Shown here: positions 52,011-64,000 of the stretch, piece after piece
Layout of the letters: each line of letters opens with the position of its first letter
How positions within the stretch are numbered: position 1 is the stretch's first letter
Origin: Mobula hypostoma
Taxonomy: Eukaryota
NCBI RefSeq assembly: GCF_963921235.1
Contig: NC_086098.1
Location: forward strand, 237,274,001 to 237,338,000
Length of the DNA stretch: 64,000 bases
Reading direction: 5' to 3'
Position numbers and translations under genes: made by a program
The notes under the pieces: model-generated
Databases searched by the model: none
What the model was told of the DNA's origin: nothing
What the model saw: the letters and a program-made list of their open reading frames with translations, nothing else

Positions 52011-52859
52011 CATAATCTCTTGGGTTTTTCTATCTTGGTTGAGTCACGCAAAATCTGTGCTTGATCGGGTCTGTAGAAGATGGATCCAACTGGGATTAAC
52101 GCACAAGCATCTTCAGTGAAACACACTTGTCAATTATCAGCCATCTAGCAACCGCTGTGTTTCTGGTTGGAACTTCCTTCTCCTTCTAAACAACTCCATT
52201 AACCATCTATCTGTTTATAAACTTGGATTTACACTGTTCTATACCTTCCCCGCGAGCACTGGTGAGATGTACAATGTAGAGCTCTCTGGGGGCAGCGCTC
52301 TTTCCTGTACAGTAATTTTCTTTAAGCATTATGACGACTTTTGGGGAGCAACTCTACCGATCCTAATTCCTTTATTCCTCCTCTCTGGCTCCAACCTTCC
52401 ATAAAGACCTAATCAGTTCTCCCGGTTGACACTCCGGACTTCTCTCGCCTCTTTCACGGTACAGCAACTCTGTCCCATGTGACAAGCAGAGGAGCAGAAG
52501 GTCATATCCACTAGGTTCAGGAACAGTTATTACCCTTCAGCCATCAGGCTCCTGGACCAGTTTGGAAAATTCATTAATCTCAACTGTGAACTTGTCCCAC
52601 AAGCTATGGACACATTTTCAAAGCTTCACAATTATCTATTTATCTACCTGTCTATCTATCCGTACAGATTGTCTTTTTTCCAACATTGGCTGTTTGGCAG
52701 TCTGTGTTTGATTCGATTATATTTCTCTGAAATACTGTCAATGCCTGCAAGAAAATGAATCTCATATACGAACTTTGATAACTTTACTTTGAACGTTGGC
52801 GGTAAAGTCACGCTGACTGGTGGGGAGTTCCCAGAGACTGAGTTAGGTGGAAAGGTTCA

Positions 52860-54005
52860 GGGAATTGATGAGTCCCGGAAATCTGAAATACGGCTCCCTA
52901 TGCGAATCTCACACAGAATGTACTGAGGCATGTGATCCAAGGAGACCTTGTTTTGTGAATCCAGAATTGGCATGCCCACACAAGGCAAAGGGTGGTTGTG
53001 GATGGGCTGTATTCTGCATGGAGGACAGTGACCAGTGCCGTTCCTCAGGGATCTTTTGTGAGACCCCTCCTCTTTGTGATTTTTATTATAAATGACTTGG
53101 ATGACCGTGTGGTTCAGTAGGTTTGCTGATGACAGAAATTTGGGGATGTTGTGGATAGTATGAACGGTTGTCAGAGGTAACAGCGCGACATCAATAGGAT
53201 GCAGAACTAGGTTGAAAAGTGCCAGAGGGAGTTCAACCCAGAGAAGTGTGAAGTGGTTCATTTCGGTCTGTCAAATTTGAAGACGGAATACAACACTAAT
53301 GGAAAAACACTTGCTAATATGGGGATATAATCCAGATCTTGGGTTCCATGTCCATAGGACACTCAAAGAGGCTACGCAAATTGACAGTTTTCTTAAGGCG
53401 TGTGGTGTGTTGGCCTTCATCAACCATGGGACTGAGTTTGTGGGGTAACGTTACAGTTATATTAGAACTTAATTGGACCCCAATTGGAGTACTGTGCTCA
53501 GTTCCAGTCATCTCATTACTAGAAAGGATGTGGATACTATAGAAAGAATGCAGAACAGATTTACAAGGATGTCGCCTGGATTGGAGAGCATGCCTTATGA
53601 GAATAGGTTGAGAGAACTAGGCCATTTCTCCTTGGAGAAACAACGGATGAGAGGTGACCTGATAACAATGTTTGAGATGCTGAGATGCATTAATCGGATG
53701 ATAGCCAGAGACTTTCTTTCCAGGGCTGAAATGGCTAACACGAGGGGCCATAGACATAAGGTGCTTGGTAGTGGGTACAATGGGGGTGTCAGGGGTAGGA
53801 GCTTTGGGTACGTGGACCGCACTGCCAGCAAAGCTGGAAGAGGCAGATACTGTAGGGTCTTGTAATAAACTCTTAGATAGATACATGGAGCTTAGTAAAG
53901 TAGAGGGTTCTGCTGTTGAGAAATTCTAGACAGTTTCCAGAGTAGGTTACGTGGTCGGCACGATATTGTGGCCCGAATGGCCTGTAATATGCTCTAGATT
54001 ACTAT
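52860..54005 (+). mobile_element. CR1 LINE 3' half, degraded
   Basis: RT fragments (gttcctcagggatct...tttgctgatgac; RKDVDTIERMQNRFTRM..GLE...LEKQRMRGDL) and a CR1-type 3' UTR. Confidence 0.8.
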
Positions 54006-54399
54006 GTTTCTATGCATGACAGGTCCACCGTGATCGCATTGAATAATGGAGTGGACGGAGGGGGCCGAATATTCTACTATTGCTTCTGTGTTAATGTTAT
54101 GTTATCGTGTTCCCCTGCCAGACTTTTAAAACATCCCTGTGCCGGATCTTTTGTATCTGGATTTAGAGGTCCAATTTCCAGTGCTGTTAATCAGCTTCTT
54201 TCAGCTCGTAAGTGGCCCGCAGGTATTGCCGTGTTACCTTTCTGGACCTGCGTATCTGGTATGGCTTCTCTCCTACATTTGTTCCATGTGAACTGTTACC
54301 TCACTTAAATATTCTTAACAGTGTATCGGAGATGCAGTGAAGTCGCACATTACTGGACGTTAGCAGTAAATGGGAAAACGGCAATTGACGACGAGGTAT

Positions 54400-54975
54400 A
54401 CTAAGGCAATTCTGTATTGTGGCAGTAAGAGGCACAGCAAGACCACTTTCACCTCAGAGAGTTGACGAAGTTTGGTACACGCCCCCAATCCTAAGAACTT
54501 CTTATAGGGGCAAAATTGCGAGCATCTGCGCTGACTGCATCATTGCCTGGTATGGCAACTGTACCTCCCGTAATCGCAGGACTCTACGGAGAGTGGTGCG
54601 GACACCCCAGCGCATCTGTAGTTTTGAACTTCCCATAATTCAGGACTTTTACAAGGACGCCTGTGTAAAAAAGGTCCGGAGGCTCACTGGGGACCGGAAT
54701 CACCCCAAACGCAATCTATTCCTGCTGCTACCATCCGGGAAACGGCACCGCAGTATAAAAGTAGGACCAGCATACTCCGGGAAAGTTCTTCCAACAGGTC
54801 ATCAGACTGATTAACTGACGCTGATTTGAGTGCAGTGTATGCTACATTGACTGTTCTATTTATTAGAAAATACTACGGTTGCACATTGTACATTTGGATG
54901 GAGATGTAACGTTAAGATTTTACTCCTCATGTATCTGAAGGATGTAAGAAATAAAGTCAATTCAATTCAAATTCA
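54400..54975 (+). mobile_element. Rex1-type LINE 3' fragment
   Basis: CIIAWYGNCT..NRRTLRRVVRT.Q.I...LLPSGKR; ends AATAAA-GTCAA(TTCAA)n. Confidence 0.7.
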
Positions 54976-55604
54976 AATACTAATTTCTTACATTCAACCA
55001 TGGACTTATCTGTAGGGCAGCGACCTCTCTAAAATCTTAGTACTGCAGATGGTCCTGACTGCCAGTGGCCGCTCTTTTTAATATAATCCAGGAATGCCAG
55101 GTTTTATCAATCGCCTCATTAGTGTAAAATACTTTTTAAGCTGTCTGGAATGTTCACAAGAGCCACCTAAACCCACATCTTTCTTTCTTTTGCGTTGGTG
55201 AAATTGCATTCTCAGGCCATGACCCATTCTGTTCCTCGCGGCACTCTACCGCCACCATATGTTCACTAGCGGTAGTTCGAGCTCCTGCAGTTTCCAGTAC
55301 TCAAAGCCTGCTCACTTTTTAAAATACTCACCTAGCAATCTGGTCTTTCCAAAAGCTCGCTGCAGAAATCGCTGTAGAGCTGTTAAAACAAATGAGCAGA
55401 ATCAGCTGGCCAGCAGTGTCACACTATCTTAAAAGCTTTCCCTCCAGACAGTTAATGTTATCAACTATACTAGTTAACACCCCAAACCCTTGCCTGGACA
55501 CGACACTGCACTGTAATCAGTTTAAATCACTTTAACATCATATGTTTACATCATGAATACAGCTGGTATTTATGTTCATTTTATTCCTTATTCGTACCTT
55601 AGTC

Positions 55605-58170
55605 GCATAGAAACAAAGAAACTTCGAAAAGCTATAGCACAATAAAGGCCCTTCGGCGCACAATTTCCTCGGCTTACCCATAGCCCCCTATTTTCTAAGC
55701 TCCATGTACCTATCCAGGAGTCTCTAAAAAGACCCGATCGTTTCCTCCTGTACCACCGCCGGCGGCAACCCATTCTACGTACTCAGCCTTATCAGCATAA
55801 AATACTCTGTCATCTCCCCTGTACCTACTTCCAAGCAGTTTAAAACGATGCCCTAGGAAAAAAGCCTCTGAATACTCACATGTTCAACGCGTCTCTATCA
55901 GGTCACCTCTCATCCTGCTTCGCTCCAAGGAGAAAAGGCCGAATTCACTCAAACCTATTCTCATAAGGCATGCACCCCAATCCAGACAACATCCTTGTAA
56001 ATCTCCCCTCCAACCTTTCTATGGTTTCCACATCCTTCCTGTAGTGAGGAGACCAGAACTGAGCACTATACTCCAAGAGGGCTCTGAACAGCGTCCTATG
56101 TAGCTGCAACATTACCTGTTGGCCCTTAAACGCAATCCCACGATTGATGCAGGCCAATGCACCGTATGTTTTCTCAACCACAGAGTCAACTTGTGCAACA
56201 GCTTTGAGTGTCATATGGACTCGGACCCTAAGATCAGTGTGACCCTCCACACTGCCAAGAGTCTTCCCATTAATGCTATTTTCTGCCATCTTATTTGACC
56301 TACCAAAATGAACCACCTCACACTTATCCGGGTGGAGCTCCATCTGCCACTTCGCAGCCCAGTTTTGCATTGTATCAATATCCCGTTGTAACCTCTAACA
56401 GCCCTCCAAAGTTTCTACAACATCCCCAACCTTTGTCTTATCATCAAATTTATTAACCAATCCGTTTACTTCCTTATCCAGGTAATGTATGTCCCAAAAC
56501 CGATCTCTGAGCCACACCACCAGTCACCGAGCTCCATGCAGATTACAACCACTCTTTTGTAGACCATCGTCTACAACCACTCTTTGCTTTCTGTGGGCAA
56601 GCCAGTTGTGGATCCACAAAGCAATATCCCATTGGATCCCATGCCTTCTTGTATTCTCAATAAGCCTGGCATGGGGTACCTTATCAAATGCCTTCCTGAA
56701 ATCCATATACATAACATCTACGGCTTTACTTGCATCAATGTGTTTAGTCACATCCTCAAAAAATCAGTCAGGCTCGTGAGGCACGACCTTCCGCTGACAA
56801 AGCCATGCTGATGATTCCTAATCATATTATGCCTCTGCAAATGTTCATAAATCCTACCTCTCAGGATCTTCTCCATCAACTGACCAAACACTGAATTGAG
56901 ACTCACTGGTCTATAATTTCCTGGGAAATCTCTACTGCTTCTTGAATACGGGAAGAACATCTACAACCCTCCAATCCTCCGGAACCTCTTCCGTCATCAT
57001 TGATGATGCAAAGATCATAGCCAAAGGCTCAGCAGTCTCCTTCCTCAGATCCCACAGTAGCCTGGAGTTAATCTCATCCGGTCCCGGCGACTTATCGGAC
57101 TTGATGCTTTCCAAAAGCTCCAGCACATCCTCTTTCTTAATATCTGTACGCTCAAGCTTTGCAATCCGATATAAGTCATCCCGTCAATCGTCAAGATCAT
57201 TTTCCGTAGAGATGACTGAAGCAAAGTATTCATAAGTACCTCTGCTATCTCCTCCGGTTCCATATACAATTTTCCACTGTCACTCTTGTTTGGTCCTATT
57301 TTCTCACGCCTTATCTCTTGCTCTTCACACACATGTAGAAAAACTTTGGGATTTACCTTAATCCTGTTTGCCAGGGCCTTCTCATGGCCCCTTCTGGCTC
57401 TCCTAATTTCCTTCTTAAGCTCCTTCCTGCTAGCGTTATAATCTTCTAGATCTCTATCATTACCTATCTTTTTGAACCTTTCGTAATCTCTTCTTTTCTT
57501 CTAGACTAGATATACAACAGCATTTGTACACCACGGATGGCGCACCCTACCATCCGTTCGCTGTCTCATTGGAACGTACCTATGCAGAAATCCACACAAA
57601 TATCCCTTGAACATTTGTCAATTACTTCCGTATGTTTCCCTGAGAACATCTGTTTCCAATTTATGCTTCCAAGTTTCTGCCTTACAACTTACTACAGTTA
57701 AACGTTTCCTTAACGTGTCTGTTCCTATCCCTCTCCAGTGCTATAGTAAAGTAGATAGCATTCTGATCACTATCTCCAAAATTCTCTCCCTCTGAGAGAC
57801 CTGACCAAGTTAATTTCCCAATACCAGATCAAGTACAGACTCTCTCTTGTAGGTGTATCGACATAATGTGTCATGAAACCTTCCTGAACATACATAACAA
57901 ACTCCACGCCATCTAAACCCCGCACTCAAGGAAGATGCTAATCAGTATTAGGGAAATTGAAATCTCCCACCACGCTAGCCCTGTTATTATTACACATTTC
58001 CAGAATCTGTCTCCATGTCTGCTCCTCGATGTCCCTTTTACGATTGGGTGGTCTATAAAAAACACCCAGTGGAGTTATTGACGACTTCCTGTTCTTAACT
58101 TCCACCCACAGAGACTCAGTAGATAATCCCACCATGACAACCTCCTTTTCTGCAGCCGTGACCCTATCTC
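55605..58170 (-). mobile_element. CR1 LINE, degraded (APE and RT fragments)
   Basis: Minus ORF fragments 57938-58135 (APE), 56932-57126, 56748-56960, 56524-56751 and 55945-56370 (RT); tail near 55605. Confidence 0.85.
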
Positions 58171-58175
58171 TGATA

Positions 58176-58332
58176 GGGTCTTTTAACAGACTCCTGAGTG
58201 GCTAAATGGAGCTTAGCAAAATACACGGCTCGGGGTAAAGCCTAGGTAGTTCGAAGGTAGGCTCATGTTCGGCATAGTTTTGTGGGCAGAAGGGCCTGTA
58301 TTCTGCTGTAGGTTTTCTGTGTTTCTATTTTT
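58176..58332 (+). mobile_element. Short CR1 3'-tail fragment abutting the lambda J end
   Basis: ...gggcagaagggcctgtattctgctgtaggttttctgtgtttctattttt matches the other CR1 3' UTRs in the window. Confidence 0.7.
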
Positions 58333-58687
58333 CTTTATGTCCATGATAGTGCCGGCAACGAAAATATATGCTTTATCCCACATTCCACAGTAATAGATGA
58401 CAGAGAGACGAAATCCAAGCTGCCGATCATGAAGTGTAACTGTTGCTGGAGCTGTCTCTGGACGGTTAGAAACGGTTTGGATCCCTGCCTGTCGATATTT
58501 TCCATTGCCTTTCGCATATACTGTACTAACACCCGCTTCGGTCTCTCTCCAGGACGCTGTCGGTACCTGCTCATGTCGTAACTTCCAACACTACGGTTCT
58601 ACATCTGACTCTCTGAGCGGACGGTTTGTCCAGCGGACACAGGACTGGATATTTGGGTCTGACTGAGGGTTGGGGCTGCCTGGATAC
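58333..58687 (-). pseudogene. IGLV: Germline-joined Ig lambda VJ exon, cluster 2, pseudogene
   Basis: Acceptor ctttacggcag|GT. IQAAPTLSQTQISSPVSAGQTVRSESQM*NRSVGSYDMSRYRQRPGERPKRVL..., frameshifted FR3, then IYYCGMWDKAYIFVAGTIMDIK. First Cys and FR2 Trp lost; J donor absent. Confidence 0.88.
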
Positions 58688-58831
58688 CTGCCGTAAAGCA
58701 CAATAAAACCACTGGGTGACGTGAAACCAACAGACGGATCATCAATCACAGAACACGAGGAAAATATAAATAAATCAGCTGTAATCAGAATTTTAACAGA
58801 CAATCAGTGCATGAACCAAGCCGACTCTGAA

Positions 58832-58880
58832 CTGGTAAATGTAGCAGAAGAGCCCACAGGAGATGTAACACAGGCGACAT
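58832..58880 (-). pseudogene. Lambda leader exon, cluster 2
   Basis: ATG TCG CCT GTG... = MSPVLHLLWALLLHLP G, followed by tt rather than gt (donor broken). Confidence 0.8.
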
Positions 58881-60921
58881 TCTTCCGAACAAGTGTATTC
58901 AGCCAGCGCCCAAAATACCGACCGAACCGCGCGCTGTTCTGCAAACACAGTGAGCTGCTCCGGTTCCAACGTTTGAAAATCGTAATCTCCGGGTCCGTCT
59001 ATTAACTGTGATGCTAGTGAATGGGAGGAGGAAACATCCTCTCCACATCCACACTACCAATACATTTCAACTTCTGTGAGGTCATCCCCCATTCTTCTGA
59101 GTTCTCGTCAATGAAGTCCTAGAGCCATCAAATGCCCTTCATTTAACAAGCCATTCAATCCTAGAAACATTTTCGTAAACCTCCTCTGAACCCTCTCCAG
59201 TTTCAGCACATCCTTTCTAAGATAAGGGGCCCAGATCTACTCACAATACTACACGTGGGGCCTCACAGCACTTCACAAAGACTCAACACTGCAATCTTGC
59301 TTTTATATTCTAGTCCTCTGGAAATGAATGACAATTTATGAGGATGTTGAGATGACTCCAGGGATTGAGTGACAAAGATAGATCGGCTCAATGGGGAAGT
59401 TACTCCTTGGAGCGTAGGAAAATAAGGAGTAATCTTACAGAACTGTTTGCAGATCGTAAGGAGCATACATGGTGTGAGGCGTAGTATTCCTTGCCCGGGG
59501 TTGGGCAATGAAGAAGTGCAGGGTATGGGTAAAAGGCGGATAAAGAAATTTTCTAAACGACCATGTAGGCAATATTATCAACAGAGGTTTGTACGCATAC
59601 GGAACGAACTGTGAGAGGAGCTGGTAGCTGCACGCACAATAACACCATTTAATTAGACAGGTACATGGATTGCAAAGGTTTTTGCGAAATTCCGATTACA
59701 CAATTACATCTCAAGGCGTCAGAGTTGAAAGTTCATTCTGACGGCTTCTGTAAGGAGATTGTTACGTTCTTGCCGGGGAATGAGTAGGTTTTCTCCAGGT
59801 CATCTGTTTTATTTTCACAGTCCAGAGACGTGCCGGTTCGAAGGATAATTAGTCATTGTAACTTGACCCATGATTATCCTTCGATAAAATCAGGAGTAAA
59901 GCGTTTGTCGGTGCTGCTCGAAAGGCCGGGAAAGGCCTATTTCGCTCTTTATCTCTAAGTAAGTAAATAAATCGGACTGTCGTCCGTTACTGCACGAGTC
60001 TATGACTCAATCCCGATCGCGTGCATGACTTCTCAAAACAGTGAAAATTGGAACTAAGAGCAATATTTCAGTTGTGCTCTCATTCGGATCATGGAGTCAG
60101 AGTCAAAGACCAGTGCAGCACGGAGCGGGTCCTTCAGCCCATTTGTTCATGTCGAACTGTGATGTTGCCTAGTCCCGTGGACATACACCGAGAACATAGC
60201 CCTCCATAAACCCGCCTCCCCATACCTGTACCTATCCAGCTTTCTCTTAAATATTGAAATCAAAAGGCATCCACCATTTCTGCGAAGAGCTTGATCCACA
60301 CTCTCTCCGCCCTCTGCGTGAAGAAGATCCCCTCCCTGTTACCTTTCACACTTAATCCAGGTCCTCATCTACCATCAACATTCTTGTAAATTACTCTGCA
60401 CTCTTTAAATCTTATTGACATAGATCTACATCAATGCAATAAGTCCTCCTTTCGTTTGACTCAAATAATCCTGAAATAAAGGTCAATAACCCGTTTTCTT
60501 CATTCTCTTTTATTCTACTTGTTAACGTTCTGTCATCTGTGAGCAATAGTATACAGGTGTCTTCATTATCAGCAGTAAAAAGGACTTTTATTACTGCTGT
60601 TTCACATATTTATACCAGGGCTTATCTTATTATAAAACTGCCAGTAACATTCTACTGTTTTACAGAAGCATACACCTCACATGTTATGTTAACGTGTCAA
60701 TCGTACGGCCAGGCCACTCAGAGACTTGTGCTAATATATATTTTATGCCTGTATGTTCTATGTGTGACTATATCTTCTGTGTTTTTCTCCTTGGCCCCAA
60801 GGAACGATGGCTTCCTTTGCGTTCTCGGATATTTTATTTATAATTACTGTAATGGAAGCTTTATTTACTTACTTTCTAGTGCTTCCATTCACAGTGTGAA
60901 GTTCATGCACATTCTTTCCAT

Positions 60922-62435
60922 TTATATGGAGGCGAGAGACGAGATTGCTGAGCCTCTGGCTAGGATCTTTATGTCCTCGCTGTCCACGGGAATGGTACTG
61001 GATGATTGGAGGGAGGCGAATGTTGTCCCCTTGTTCAAAAAAGGTGGTAGGGATAGTCCGGGTAATTATAGACCACTGAGCCTTACGTCTGTGGTGGGAA
61101 AGCTATTGGAAAAGATTCTTAGAGATAGGATCTATAGGCATTTAGAGAATCATGGTCTGATCAGGGACAGCCAGCATGGCTTTGTGAATGGAAGATCGTG
61201 TCTAACAAGTCTGATAGAGTTCTTTGAGGAGGTGACCAGGCATATAGATGAGGGTAGTGCAGTGGATGTGATCTATATGGATTTTAGTAAGGCATTTGAC
61301 AAGGTTCCACATGGTAGGCTTATTCAGAAAGTCAGAAGGCATGGGATCCAGGGAAGTATGGCCAGGTGGATTCAGAATTGGCTTGCCTGCAGAAGGCAGA
61401 GGGTGGTGGTGGAGGGAGTACATTCAGATTGGAGGATTGTGACTAGTGGTGTCCCACAAGGATCTGTTCTGGGACCTCTACTTTTCGTGATTTTTATTAA
61501 AAACCTGGATGTGGGGGTAGAAGGGTGGGTTGGCAAGTTTGCAGATGACACAAAGGTTGGTGGTGTTGTAGATAGTGTAGAGGATTGTCAAAGATTGCAG
61601 AGAGACATTGATAGGATGCAGAAGTGGGCTGAGAAGTGGCAGATGGAGTTGAACCCGGAGAAGTGCGAGGTGGTACACTTTGGAAGGACAAACTCCAAGG
61701 CAGAGTACAAAGTAAATGGCAGGATACTTGGTAGTGTGGAGGAGCAGAGGGACCTCGGGGTACATGTCCACAGATCCCTTAAAGTTGCCTCACAGGTGGA
61801 TACGGTAGTTAAGAAAGCTTATGGGGAGCTAGCTTTCATAAGTCGAGAGATAGAGTTTAAGAGTCGCGATGTAATGATGCAGCTCTATAAAACTCTGGTT
61901 AGGCCACACTTGGAGTACTGTGTCCAGTTCTGGTCACCTCACTATAGGAAGGATGTGGAAGCATTGGAAAGGGTACAGAAGAGATTTACCAGGATGCTGC
62001 CTGGCTTAGAGAGTATGCATTATGATCAGAGATTAAGGGAGCTAGGGCTTTATTCTTTGGAGAGAAGGAGGATGAGAGGAGACATGATAGAGGTGGACAA
62101 GATAATAAGAGGAATAGATGGAGTGGATAGCCAGCGCCTCTTCCCCAGGGCACCACTGCTCAGTACAAGAGGACATGGCTTTAAGGTAAGGGGTGGGAAG
62201 TTCAAGGGCGATATTAGAGGAAGGTTTTTTACTCAGAGAGTGGTTGGTGCGTGGAATGCACTGCCTGAGTCAGTGGTGGAGGCAGATACACTAGTGAAGT
62301 TTAAGAGACTGCTAGACAGGTATATGGAGGAATCTAAGGTGGGGGCTTATATGGGAGGCAGGGTTTGAGGGTCGGCAAAACATTATGGGCCGAAGGGCCT
62401 GTACTGTGCTGTACTATTCTATGTTCTATGTTCTA
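60922..62435 (+). mobile_element. Young 5'-truncated CR1 LINE with uninterrupted RT frame
   Basis: Open frame from YMEARDEIAEPL through GVPQGSVLGP, KFADD and LERRRMRGD to the stop at 62368; 3' UTR ends in (TTCTATG)n; very similar to 47227-49732. Confidence 0.92.
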
Positions 62436-64000
62436 TGCTTTCTCTTACATATTTATAGCAGCATTTCTGGCTGTCTTCGTGCCTCCTGCCACGCCACTCC
62501 ATGCGGGATCTAGCTCGGGTAAAAACAAGGTGGCTTGTTTTCCACATGATTTTGGGTGATACTACAACCAGAGCTCATGCATAAGAATAAATAGTGAAAT
62601 GTTTAAAGGGAATATGAGGAGAAACTTCTTTACTGAAAGAATGCTGTGGGAAGAGTTACCAGCGGATGTGCTGGATCGGGACAATTTTCTATTTTAAGAA
62701 ATTGCGGATAAGTACTTGGAGGGAAGGTAATTGATACCTATGGTCGAGGTGTAGAATGACGGGACGAACCATATTAATAGTTCAGCACAGACTAGATTGG
62801 CCGAAGGGTCTCATTATGTGTTGTAGTGCTCTATGACTCACTGACGTCTATGTTTATTTTAATCTGGTCCTCAGCGTTCTGGCATCTTGGTAATTCGTTC
62901 GTTATTTTCTCACGCAAAAAATGCGTTTTCCAGCCCTCGACCCCCTTCCCCGCTCAATTTTCATGGCATGTGCCAGTGATATTGAACCTGATTCTAATTC
63001 TGATCTTTACTCTGATGAAAGACCCTCACTGAAGATGAACCTTGTGTGAGAAATCACCTCTCGCTTCTGTTGTCTATGATTCAGTTAATCTCCACCTACC
63101 CCTCATTCCGCCTCCAAATCGAAACTAATTGTTGGATATTGTGTAATAGATGAGAAGAAGTGTCTTCCAAATAAATATTCGGGTTATGTGATTCTGTGTC
63201 AATGATTGTCTCAAAATCTTGAAACCAGTTATTAATTACTTGGATATGGTCCTTTCCCATCAAACCAATCCTGACGTCGGAAGCTAGTCAGTCCAGTTAA
63301 CTCCTCCCTCATGATGATCGCAGGGTCGAGATGACTGTGTTGTGACCGGCACTGATGCAGCTGCGGAGCGTATCATCTCCCCATGGGGATCGGGCGGTGT
63401 TGGCACGGCTTTTGTTGAGCGACTGTTGCACAAACTGCTGCTGTTTTTGTCTTGTTTGTGAAGCGGTCCAGCTGGCCTGGAAACTCGATCGCAGGGAGAT
63501 CTGATATAACTGGAAGACACAAATTCTGAAAATAAATCATCGAATAAAAAGTTTACAAAAATTCCAATTAGTTGTTACAAGCGATAAAATTGATTGATGT
63601 CAGAGAATGCCAAATTGCAATTCTGAAAGAGAACGGGGAGAGAAAGAACGAGAGGAGAGAGTGGAACAGAAAAGAGAGACAGGCGGTGCAAAGAGAACGG
63701 AGAGAGATAGAAGGTGAGACGGTGAAAGCATGGGGCAATTCGATCCGAGGACAACACCTATTTCCTGTACTTAGCAGTTATCATCTAGCCAACCGTGCGA
63801 TACATAATTGTTATCTTCAAAAGTCCTTGGGAAAAAGCAACATCTATCTCCCTCACAGCTTGTTGTATTTGGATATTAGGGATACTTGTGTCAGTAACCT
63901 GCGAAAGTTATAATTGATCCTCAATTTTATTCGTTGTTGCTCACGTCAAACATAATTTGTCCTTGTTTCAGTCTCTATCATCAAGAATACTTATCAGAGG

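Noticed and set aside
54240-54290. GEKPY on the minus strand as a C2H2 zinc-finger linker
   Set aside because: No Cys/His finger pattern on either side.
60539-60921. Hydrophobic N-terminal extension of the 609-aa ORF
   Set aside because: AT-rich flank and repeat sequence fortuitously in frame with a 5'-truncated CR1; not a fusion gene on present evidence.

Overview
Vertebrate genomic DNA, repeat-rich, almost certainly from a cartilaginous fish and probably a ray (inferred from germline-joined Ig lambda genes and the CR1/Rex1 repeat landscape). Two decayed immunoglobulin light-chain lambda (type II) clusters lie on the minus strand. Cluster 1 has a leader, a pseudogenised germline-joined VJ exon (12314-12664) and an open C exon (10466-10794). 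Cluster 2 has a leader and a pseudogenised VJ exon (58333-58687), and I could find no C exon. The two clusters sit in collinear duplicated units (~5.6-16.4 kb and ~44.8-60.4 kb). Between them, on the plus strand, is an apparently intact six-exon gene (24866-31106) predicted to encode a ~300-aa non-rearranging receptor with the structure leader - V(J-like) - C1 - TM - ITIM; a second ITIM lies just out of frame behind the stop. This is the most interesting object in the window. The rest is mostly transposons: CR1 LINEs (two look young), Rex1/Babar and RTE LINEs, a hAT transposon split by a CR1, two solo LTRs, Gypsy pol debris, Tc1/hAT MITEs, a 94-bp-arm foldback element, a tRNA-derived SINE and Penelope-type short elements with hammerhead-like cores. 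There is one assembly gap (18549-18760). All calls come from manual reading and translation; no database searches were run, and repeat boundaries are approximate.
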